Below are positions 29,606 to 37,583 of a DNA stretch of 64,000 bases, one piece after another. Position 1 is the stretch's first letter, and the number at the start of each line of letters is the position of its first letter. The notes beneath the pieces are model-generated. The model made no database searches. It was given only the letters and a program-made list of their open reading frames with translations, and was not told the origin of the DNA. The position numbers and the translations under genes are program-made. Origin of the DNA: an uncultured Spirochaetia bacterium (GTDB lineage Bacteria > Spirochaetota > Spirochaetia > CAZBHR01). The stretch spans positions 241,603 through 305,602 of the forward strand of contig CAZBHR010000001.1 of assembly GCA_964492025.1 (NCBI GenBank). The letters run 5' to 3'.

Positions 29606-30169
29606 CTACTCTTCGGGAACCAATACCTTCACCTTAGCGGATCGTAAAACCCTATCATGAAGATAGTATCCATTCTGTAATACCTGTCCCACGGTATCGG
29701 TAGAACAGTCTGCAGAACTCTCTTTAAAATAGGCTTCGTGTTTTTCTGGATCAAAAGGTTCTGATTCTATATCTACCATTTTCTTCAAGCCCCAGTTCTT
29801 TTCTAAAAGACTGAGGAAGTCCTTCTCCATAAGAGAAACACCGTCGTAAAGTGTTTGAAAATCTTTTGTTTGTTCAGATGACTGAAGTGCTCTTTCGAGG
29901 TTATCAATAACAGTTAGTATATCAGAAATAAGCGAGGCATTGGCATACGCCACGGAATCCTCTTTCTCTTTTAGCATTCTTCTTCGAAAGTTTTCAGAGT
30001 CCGCCCTAATACGTAGCATCTGATCGGTCAAAGTGGACTTCTCTTCAAGTAGGCTCTGATACTCTTTCTCGGAAATGGTAACTGTAGGTTGCTCCTCTTC
30101 TTGAGAGGCAACTTCCTCTTTTATATCCTCTTTGGGCTCAATACAAGTATCTTTCTTTTTTTTACTCAT
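29606..30169 (-). CDS. grpE: Nucleotide exchange factor GrpE
   Basis: RADSENFRRR, VIDNLERAL, FDPEKHEA, GY.LHDRVLRSAKV. Confidence 0.95.
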   Translation of the reverse strand: MSKKKKDTCIEPKEDIKEEVASQEEEQPTVTISEKEYQSLLEEKSTLTDQMLRIRADSENFRRRMLKEKEDSVAYANASLISDILTVIDNLERALQSSEQTKDFQTLYDGVSLMEKDFLSLLEKNWGLKKMVDIESEPFDPEKHEAYFKESSADCSTDTVGQVLQNGYYLHDRVLRSAKVKVLVPEE

Positions 30170-30205
30170 GTTAATCGTACTCCATCCCCTAGTAAATTAC
30201 AGACA

Positions 30206-30259
30206 TGACCCTATCAAGAGTCACTTTAATAAAATACTCACTGATGAGAAAGATGTCAA
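30206..30259 (-). promoter_or_regulatory. grpE-dnaK-dnaJ promoter with a downstream inverted repeat
   Basis: TTGACA(30259-54)-17-TATTTT(30236-31). Inverted repeat TGACCCT-atca-AGAGTCA at 30206-30223. Confidence 0.6.
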
Positions 30260-30265
30260 CTATAC

Positions 30266-31315
30266 TTAGATAGATTTTCCAAGAGAAACAAAATCAGGAG
30301 AACTGGCAAAGCCCATATGCTGCTCATCAAGGAGTCCTAGCACTAACTCTACTTCCCCCGCAGGTATGGTTAAGGTTCTTGCAATTTCGCCAACACCTAA
30401 CCCCTGTTTTCTTAATCGAATAATCTGGGAACGAGTATCCTCTCCTGACCGTTGAGGTTGACTAGGAGTAATTCTATCTTGAACTCTAGGCTCTCTGTCT
30501 GCTACCACAGGACTAGAAGAAGTTACAGGTCTCTCTAGTTCAGCTTTAGGAGCTTCAACCTGTGATGTTCTCTCAATATCTCGTCCCCCAGGAAGTACAA
30601 AATCAAGAGGTGCATTTCGCTTCGGTGCAGAGGTCTCCTTTTTTTGGGGAATCTCTATCTCTATGGTATCTTTTCTCTTTTCAGCCTGATTTTCAGCACT
30701 GGCAAGGGGTGTTTCAACTAAGGAACTTTTAGGGTGAGCAACGGTTACAGAAGGAACTACATGGGAAGATTTTGAAGTGGTCTTTGCTTCGGTGAACATA
30801 GTTTCAGTTTCATCTTGCACATACGTTTGCTTATTACTGCTCCCCTTCGCTCCCTCAACACGAGCCTCTAAGGCTAAAACTGTATTAGAAATTTCATGAA
30901 AGGTTCTCTTTGTTTCAGTAACAATCTCATCTCGCATAACCACAATTCTCTCAATATTATTATCAACCTGCTGAGTTGCATTGGAGAGATCAATTAACAC
31001 TTGGTCATACTTCTCCATAGCTTCTTTGAGGAGAAATACGTCATCCGTATGACCTTCCATATCTTGGAGAATGGCATCCATTTCTACCATAAGATCTCGA
31101 GCCTGTTGCTCCTTTGTCTTAAGATAGCCATCCATCTCCCGAAGTTCTGCAATATGCTCTTCAACATACTCTTCAAAGCGTCGGGCTGAGTGCTCTATAT
31201 ATCGCTTTACTACCTGAATAGATCGATTATTCTTATCCATTTGACGGTAGGCAATAAGCGCACCTGCCACTACAAGCAGCACAATAAAGTCGCCTAGAGT
31301 AAATAGAGATAGCAT
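30266..31315 (-). CDS. Membrane-anchored coiled-coil protein with a C-terminal HTH-like domain (SpiroCoCo-like N-terminus)
   Basis: N-terminal TM followed by YRQMDKNNRS, then coiled coil and a Ser/Pro linker. C-terminus QIIRLRKQGLGVGEIARTL...GEVELVL. Confidence 0.6.
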   Translation of the reverse strand: MLSLFTLGDFIVLLVVAGALIAYRQMDKNNRSIQVVKRYIEHSARRFEEYVEEHIAELREMDGYLKTKEQQARDLMVEMDAILQDMEGHTDDVFLLKEAMEKYDQVLIDLSNATQQVDNNIERIVVMRDEIVTETKRTFHEISNTVLALEARVEGAKGSSNKQTYVQDETETMFTEAKTTSKSSHVVPSVTVAHPKSSLVETPLASAENQAEKRKDTIEIEIPQKKETSAPKRNAPLDFVLPGGRDIERTSQVEAPKAELERPVTSSSPVVADREPRVQDRITPSQPQRSGEDTRSQIIRLRKQGLGVGEIARTLTIPAGEVELVLGLLDEQHMGFASSPDFVSLGKSI

Positions 31316-31420
31316 ATATCCTCCCTTCCTTTCCTTTTTACCTATTTTGCTATATTAGTAGAAAGTTGTCAACATCTGACCCTACTAAAAAGAACTTAAA
31401 AAAATAACACTGCTTGAGTA

Positions 31421-32419
31421 CTACCTATCCGCATCAGTATCAGAAACACTCCACTCTGCAGCATCATTACTTAACATAGAGGTGGTTACAACCGTGGTGT
31501 TCTGGGTATCATCAGAGGTGTCATCAAAAGTATCACCTTCACTATCATCACCAGGGTGAAAATTTGGAGGTAGATCCTTCTTAAATACCACAGTTCTATA
31601 GGGAAAGGGAATCTCAATGCCCTCTGCATCAAATCGCTCTTTTACCGATTTAAGTAGGTCACACTTAAGCATATAAGCATTTCCGTGGTTTGTTGACCAC
31701 GTAAGAGCCTTAATATCAATAGAAGAACCAGACCACCCTACTACACGAACAGCCACAACAGGAACACCTTCAACAATCTCCTGAGGCGTTCGATTATCAA
31801 GAAGCAGAGGGTGCTTCATAGCCTCTTCACGAATGATATCTATAGCTTTATCAATATTTGAATCATAACTGATAGAAAAGGTAACATGCTTTTTAATTTT
31901 CTCATCCTGAATACTACTATTAATAATAGTCTCTTCACTAATAACGCTGTTTGGAATAATAATTCTTCGGTTTGAAAAGTCACGGATAATTGTATGACGT
32001 AGAGTTATCTCCTCCACCACTCCCATCTGCCCATCTTTAAACTCAATAACATCGGTAACACGGAAGGGTTTGAATACAAGAATAAATACTCCACTTACAA
32101 TATTAGAAAAGGCTTGCTGAGAAGCAAAACCAATAACTAATGCCAAGACTCCCGCTCCAGCAAACAGAGCTGTTCCTAACGCTCGTAACTGGGGTATTCC
32201 ATAAAAAATAACAATAAATGCTATGGTGTAAATAACAAAACCAAGGGAGTTTTTAATAAATGAGAAATGGGTAGGATCCGTTTTTAGTTTTTCCGCATAC
32301 TTTCTAATAAACATATTAAGAAGTTTTCTTAAAACAAAGGTAACAAGAAAAGCTGAAAGTAGTACTGCTATAACAAATGCCCATTGTCGCAATGTTTGAT
32401 TTTCTAGTAAAGTCTCCAT
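31421..32419 (-). CDS. mscS: Small-conductance mechanosensitive channel
   Basis: GFASQQAFSNIVSG, KPFRVTD, IIIPNS, GIEIPFP; acidic C-terminal tail. Confidence 0.9.
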   Translation of the reverse strand: METLLENQTLRQWAFVIAVLLSAFLVTFVLRKLLNMFIRKYAEKLKTDPTHFSFIKNSLGFVIYTIAFIVIFYGIPQLRALGTALFAGAGVLALVIGFASQQAFSNIVSGVFILVFKPFRVTDVIEFKDGQMGVVEEITLRHTIIRDFSNRRIIIPNSVISEETIINSSIQDEKIKKHVTFSISYDSNIDKAIDIIREEAMKHPLLLDNRTPQEIVEGVPVVAVRVVGWSGSSIDIKALTWSTNHGNAYMLKCDLLKSVKERFDAEGIEIPFPYRTVVFKKDLPPNFHPGDDSEGDTFDDTSDDTQNTTVVTTSMLSNDAAEWSVSDTDADR

Positions 32420-32639
32420 AAATACCTCTTATCTTCCCCAAAGGTCTTATCTATAATGATAAGCACATTACCAAAAATAATACCAGAATTTATAAGCGTT
32501 TGCCATAGGATAATGAATCAATACTGAGATATTCACTCGTTTTCTAACATTTTTTCAGAAATAACAAACAAATAGAGTGAGTATAACTTACTAAAATGAG
32601 ATACCTATGCGACTAGAGATACATCTCAAACAGGGAAAA

Positions 32640-33236
32640 CTAATACCCAAAAAGGTTTACATCTACAAATACTTCAAATTCTATGTCAAAGGTATATTCC
32701 GATTTACTCGGTAACTCCTGAACAGATGCTTGAATAACTCGAATCTCAAAAGTATCCTGCTTAAAATAATCTGCTAGATTATCGTTAGAGGTCACCATAC
32801 TAATAACCCTTGTGTCTTTATCCACATCATCTACATAAGCAAACAGCTCTGTATCTAGCCCTTCTGCATTAATAATAACATAGATAGATTTGATAAATCC
32901 GATATCTTTATTCAGAGGCTCATTATCGTCTAAGCGCAACTCAAATTTTTTAAGTTGTACAATGTCTATAGAATCTAAAGCTATAGAGGTTACTCGGCTT
33001 GCTCGTGCCACCTTAGTAGAAAACTCCTGTTTTCCACTAACAGCTAACACCGAGGGAAATGGAATATCCCCTCCATTCCATTCTGCAATAGTCTCAAACT
33101 GCTCGGGTATTTCCAGTTTAATATCCTCTACGGTATAAGAAATTGTTACTCTACTTGCTCGGGCAAAGAGAGCATCACACCCTGTAAGGATGAGTACAAA
33201 AAGTAGTGACATTAGTAATATGGAGATCTTTTTCAT
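32640..33236 (-). CDS. Hypothetical lipoprotein
   Basis: MKKISILLMSLLFVLILTGC lipobox; no recognised domain. Confidence 0.7.
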   Translation of the reverse strand: MKKISILLMSLLFVLILTGCDALFARASRVTISYTVEDIKLEIPEQFETIAEWNGGDIPFPSVLAVSGKQEFSTKVARASRVTSIALDSIDIVQLKKFELRLDDNEPLNKDIGFIKSIYVIINAEGLDTELFAYVDDVDKDTRVISMVTSNDNLADYFKQDTFEIRVIQASVQELPSKSEYTFDIEFEVFVDVNLFGY

Positions 33237-33268
33237 ATACTTATATTACAGGAAGAGTGAATAACGTT

Positions 33269-33931
33269 CTAGAGTATTTTTTGTATTTCTTGTAAGAATT
33301 GCGTGTACTTTGCTACAGAGAAAAGCGGAGTCACCTCTGCCCCTTTAGGAAGTGATCCTATAAGAACTGTACCCATACCTACAGCATGAGCTCCCTCTAC
33401 ATCCTTTCTATAACTGTTTCCTACATAAAGAATTTCCGAGGGTTCTAGTTGCATAGCCTCTGCTAGAGCAAGAAATGGAGCCTTATGGGGTTTTAGGTAC
33501 CCCGCATCTTCCGAGGATAACCTAACGGGGAAAAACTCCCCTACTCCAAGGGTTTCCAGTTTATGGGATACGGGAAAATCAGAGAGTGCCGCCATAGGAA
33601 TGGATTCAGCATGAATCCACTTAAGTGCCTCATACACTCCTGAAAAGGGCTTAATATTTCGGTACGCCCTATCCCAAGGTTTATAGAGTTTATGTTCAAT
33701 CTCTCTTTCCGCAACTTGTGGAGAGAGGTTTAACATCTCTCCAACCAGTCGTGCTTGCTCCTCTCGTAGAGGGATCGTATAGTTATTCTCCCTTAGGATT
33801 TCTCGTGTTTTTCTATAAGCACTAAAAAGTTTAGGATGGCGAGCCATGGGGCCAACCATCCCAAGAGATCTCAGGTTCCACTCAGAGTAGAGGGTTCCAT
33901 CAATATCAAAGGCTACACCCTTATAGGTCAT
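33269..33931 (-). CDS. HAD-family hydrolase
   Basis: FDIDGTLY, LSD, KPHKAPF, YVGN. Confidence 0.88.
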   Translation of the reverse strand: MTYKGVAFDIDGTLYSEWNLRSLGMVGPMARHPKLFSAYRKTREILRENNYTIPLREEQARLVGEMLNLSPQVAEREIEHKLYKPWDRAYRNIKPFSGVYEALKWIHAESIPMAALSDFPVSHKLETLGVGEFFPVRLSSEDAGYLKPHKAPFLALAEAMQLEPSEILYVGNSYRKDVEGAHAVGMGTVLIGSLPKGAEVTPLFSVAKYTQFLQEIQKIL

Positions 33932-35265
33932 CGAGTTTTCTCCCGTATGGTTATAGCAATTGGAATCTCCTTCATACGAAACTCCTTCCTGATATTATTT
34001 TTGAGGTAATTAATATAGGAGAGAGGACACTTTTTCTTAGCATTCCCAAAAAGTACAAACTCAACGGGGTTTCTTGAGGTTTGAGTTGCATAGTACACCT
34101 TAAACCGACTCCCACTTTTTGGCCGTGGGGGTTCCTTATACTCAAGCCAAGCTTTTATGGCACTGTTTATTTGAGAGGTCTCAATTCGAGTGTTTAACTG
34201 CTTATAAATAGTAATACTCTTTTTAAGTAAATCCTCTAACCCCTGAGATGTTGTTGCGGATATAGGGATAATTGGAGCAAACTGCAGTATAGGGAAAAGA
34301 AAGCGAACACGGTCGGTAATAGCTTCAATCTGGTTTGGCATCTCCTGAACAAGATCCCACTTATTAAGAACAATAATAACCCCTCGCCCTCTTTTTACAA
34401 TGTGCTGTGCAATTTTCTTATCCTGATCAGAGAGTCCCTCTTTTGCATCAACCATAAGAAACACTACATCACATTCGTCAATAGTTGCTAATGCTCGGTT
34501 TACCGAGTAGTACTCTACATTTTCATCAACCTTCTTTTTACGACGTATTCCCGCAGTATCAAGGAGAGTAAACTTCTGGTTACCAAACTGAAACTCACCC
34601 TCCACAACATCTCGGGTAGTACCCGCAATGGGACTTACAATAGACGCTTCTGTTTGAGTCAGCAGGTTACAAAGTGTTGATTTTCCGGTATTCGGTTTCC
34701 CAAGAACTGCAACACGAATAATCTGCTCACCCTCCTCTTCATCTTGTAGGAGTTCTGAGGGGGGAATAAACTCTTCAACCATCTCCTCTAGCTCTTCAAT
34801 ACCTCTTCCGTGGGTTGCGGATATACCCACAACACGAGAAAATCCATATTGATAGTAGTTCCAAACATCGGATTCATGTTTTTCATGGTCTACCTTGTTT
34901 ACAACCACCACAACTTTATCGGTCCAACGTCTAGCATAAGCCATTACCTCTTCATCTTCTGGGGTAATAGTTTTAGCCTCAAGAAGAAGTAGTACAAGAT
35001 CAGCAGAGTCAATATACTCAATACTTTTCTCTGCCACCGCACTATCAAACTCTTCCTGATCCAGTTTTATTCCACCGGTATCAACAAGTCGTACACGTCG
35101 GTCGTCCCACTCCCAGATACCGTCAATAGGATCTCGGGTAACTCCTGGAGTTGGGTCAGTTATAGCTCGTCGCTTTCCAATCAATCTGTTAAATAGCGTA
35201 GACTTCCCAACGTTAGGACGTCCTACTACAGCTACTACTGGTAGCTTATCTTTATCTTTACTCAA
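33928..35265 (-). CDS. der: Ribosome biogenesis GTPase Der (EngA)
   Basis: Two GTPase domains (GRPNVGKS/DTGG/NKVD and GKPNTGKS/DTAG/NKWD) plus a KH-like tail. Confidence 0.96.
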   Translation of the reverse strand: MSKDKDKLPVVAVVGRPNVGKSTLFNRLIGKRRAITDPTPGVTRDPIDGIWEWDDRRVRLVDTGGIKLDQEEFDSAVAEKSIEYIDSADLVLLLLEAKTITPEDEEVMAYARRWTDKVVVVVNKVDHEKHESDVWNYYQYGFSRVVGISATHGRGIEELEEMVEEFIPPSELLQDEEEGEQIIRVAVLGKPNTGKSTLCNLLTQTEASIVSPIAGTTRDVVEGEFQFGNQKFTLLDTAGIRRKKKVDENVEYYSVNRALATIDECDVVFLMVDAKEGLSDQDKKIAQHIVKRGRGVIIVLNKWDLVQEMPNQIEAITDRVRFLFPILQFAPIIPISATTSQGLEDLLKKSITIYKQLNTRIETSQINSAIKAWLEYKEPPRPKSGSRFKVYYATQTSRNPVEFVLFGNAKKKCPLSYINYLKNNIRKEFRMKEIPIAITIREKTR

Positions 35266-36997
35266 TGCTGTCTCCTGAAAATTCTTGATTCCACTGATCT
35301 ACGTACCCTTGAATATCACTCAAACGTTCAAGAGATAATATATGGTTAACCATCTTTTGAACAGCCCCAAAGTTAGCCTTTCTCACCTGTTCTTTCACTT
35401 GTGGGATAATTACAGAGCTCATACTGAGGGTATCAACCCCCAATCCCATAAGAATAAGGGCCGAAAGTGGCTCTGATGCCATCTCTCCACATACCGTAAC
35501 AGGAATACCCTCTGCCTTAGCACTGTCAATCACTCGCTTAATAGCCCCTAACACACTGGGGTGGTACGGTTGGTAGAGATTTGCAATTTTCTCATTGTTC
35601 CGATCTACCGCCAAGGTGTACTGAATAAGGTCGTTTGTTCCTATGGAGAAAAAATCAGCCCGTTTTGCTAGTGACGGAGCAACCATCACAGCCGAAGGAA
35701 CCTCAATCATTGTCCCTACGGGTATTTTTTCATCAAAGGGTATACCCTCTGCAACTAGCTGATCCATAGCAACATGCAATACAGCAAGAGCCTCTTCAAA
35801 CTCATCTACCCCACTCACCATAGGAAACATTACTCGTGCATTCCCCTTGGCTGAGGCTCGTAAAATTGCTCGTAGCTGAGTAATGAAAATATCCACATTA
35901 TCCAAGCAGAATCGAACAGCCCGCCAACCGAGAACAGGATTTTCCTCTCCCCAGTAGTCCATCTTCGCAAGAATTTTATCGCCCCCAACATCTATGGTTC
36001 TAAAAGTCACAGGACCATGTCCTTTCATAGCCTCAACAACCTGAGTGTAAGCCTCAGTCTGCTCCTCTTCTGTGGGTATTCTGTTTTTCTGTAAATACAA
36101 GAACTCAGTTCTGTACAGGCCTATTCCCTGGGCTCCATAATCTTTAGCCATAGTAGTCTCTTCGGGAATCTCTATATTCGCTTTAAGTGTACAGGATCTA
36201 CCATCTAAGGTAACTGCCGGTAGGTTCTGTAGCGCCTTAAAGTGATCATACTGCTTCTCAAGGGCACCTATTATCTCTGTATATTCCGAAATCACTTCCT
36301 GAGTGGGAGAGACAAAAACAATACCACGAAGCCCATCAACAACCATCTGGTCATGATGAGAAACTTCATCAGTAACATGCTCTAACCCAAGAACCGTAGG
36401 AATACCAAAGGCACGCGCCAAAATAGAGGTGTGTGAGGTTTTCCCTCCCTGATCTATAGCAATCCCCTTAATAAACCTTTTATCAAGCATAAGAAGATCG
36501 GTAGGCATAAGATTATGAGTTACTAGAATTACCTCTTCATTAATCTCTCGAAAACTGTGAATGTCCTCGCCAATAAGGGTATGAATGATCCGTTTTCCTA
36601 CATCTCGAACATCAAGCGCACGCTCCCTGAGGAGTTCGTCATCAATCTGCTCAAACATAGCGGAAATCTCCTCAACCCCAAGCTCTACCGCTCGCTCAAG
36701 ATTTACCATCTCCTGGGTTACATATTTTTCAACCGCCTCAGATAACATGGGATCCTCAACCATAAGCTCTTGAGCTTCAATAAGCTCAACAAGCTTTTTA
36801 TCGTGACTCACCTTCTCTTTAAGCTCCTGAAAACCCTTAAGAACCTGAACTTTCACCTGCTGGAATCGATGTTTCTCTTGAGGTATATCCTCTTTGGTTA
36901 TGGAGATACGAACAGGAACAACCTCCTTATGGTCAGCAAGAAAGGCCTTACCCATAACAACTCCAGAGGAAGCGGGAATACCTATAATTTTTTTCAT
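35258..36997 (-). CDS. ptsI: PTS enzyme I
   Basis: GGKTSHTSILAR (phospho-His), GLYRTEFL, FSIGTNDLIQY, VCGEMA. Confidence 0.96.
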   Translation of the reverse strand: MKKIIGIPASSGVVMGKAFLADHKEVVPVRISITKEDIPQEKHRFQQVKVQVLKGFQELKEKVSHDKKLVELIEAQELMVEDPMLSEAVEKYVTQEMVNLERAVELGVEEISAMFEQIDDELLRERALDVRDVGKRIIHTLIGEDIHSFREINEEVILVTHNLMPTDLLMLDKRFIKGIAIDQGGKTSHTSILARAFGIPTVLGLEHVTDEVSHHDQMVVDGLRGIVFVSPTQEVISEYTEIIGALEKQYDHFKALQNLPAVTLDGRSCTLKANIEIPEETTMAKDYGAQGIGLYRTEFLYLQKNRIPTEEEQTEAYTQVVEAMKGHGPVTFRTIDVGGDKILAKMDYWGEENPVLGWRAVRFCLDNVDIFITQLRAILRASAKGNARVMFPMVSGVDEFEEALAVLHVAMDQLVAEGIPFDEKIPVGTMIEVPSAVMVAPSLAKRADFFSIGTNDLIQYTLAVDRNNEKIANLYQPYHPSVLGAIKRVIDSAKAEGIPVTVCGEMASEPLSALILMGLGVDTLSMSSVIIPQVKEQVRKANFGAVQKMVNHILSLERLSDIQGYVDQWNQEFSGDSIE

Positions 36998-37004
36998 ATG
37001 CTAC

Positions 37005-37283
37005 CTACTCTTTCACTCCGGTTTTCTTAATAATATGAAAACCAAATTGGGTTTGCACTATATTGCTGATTGCCCCATATCCAAGGCGTTTTACCGCAGC
37101 TTCAAAGGGAGGCACCATCTGCCCTGGGCCAAACCATCCAAGATCTCCACCTTTGTTTTTACTAGGGCACGTAGAGTGTTGTCGAGCAAGAGAGGCAAAG
37201 GATGCACCCTTTTTCGCTTGCTCAAGAATTTTTTGGGCTTGATTTCTGTTTTTTACCAAAATATGGCTCGCTCTCCACTGCAT
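37005..37283 (-). CDS. ppiC: Parvulin-type peptidyl-prolyl isomerase
   Basis: ASHILVK, HSTCPS..GGDLG.F..GQMV..FE, TQFGFHII. Confidence 0.93.
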   Translation of the reverse strand: MQWRASHILVKNRNQAQKILEQAKKGASFASLARQHSTCPSKNKGGDLGWFGPGQMVPPFEAAVKRLGYGAISNIVQTQFGFHIIKKTGVKE

Positions 37284-37289
37284 GGGCGT

Positions 37290-37318
37290 ATTGTAGCAGA
37301 GAAAGCGTGTTTTTACAA
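37290..37318 (-). promoter_or_regulatory. Promoter of ppiC, leaderless layout
   Basis: TTGTAA-17 nt-TACAAT, then 6 nt to the ATG at 37283; no SD. Confidence 0.6.
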
Positions 37319-37503
37319 GGAGAACTTTCTAGAAAGGTACTAGATGCGACTGGTAAGGTTTATTGTCACCTCCCCCCTAGGAGGAGAGATCTGTGGATTC
37401 GAGGAGGATGGGATACATGTTGATGGACTTGTGTAAGGGAGTGTTAAAAACTTATACGACTGATCTGCCTTTATAAAATTTCCTTTTGTACATAACTCAC
37501 ACA

Positions 37504-37549
37504 AGCTCCATTGGCAGAGCGTATTAATTAATTAACTACCAACGGAGCT
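37504..37549 (-). other. 14-bp RNA stem-loop downstream of the surface lipoprotein gene
   Basis: Arms 37504-37517 and 37536-37549. Both mismatches are G-U compatible on the minus strand. The loop contains TTAATTAATTAA. No U-tract. Confidence 0.55.
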
Positions 37550-37583
37550 GTTACAACACGTTTATCAGGGAGATTCCTCCCCC

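Noticed and set aside
30170-30265. CIRCE, HAIR or CtsR box before grpE
   Set aside because: None of these consensus sequences is present; a different inverted repeat is reported as a finding
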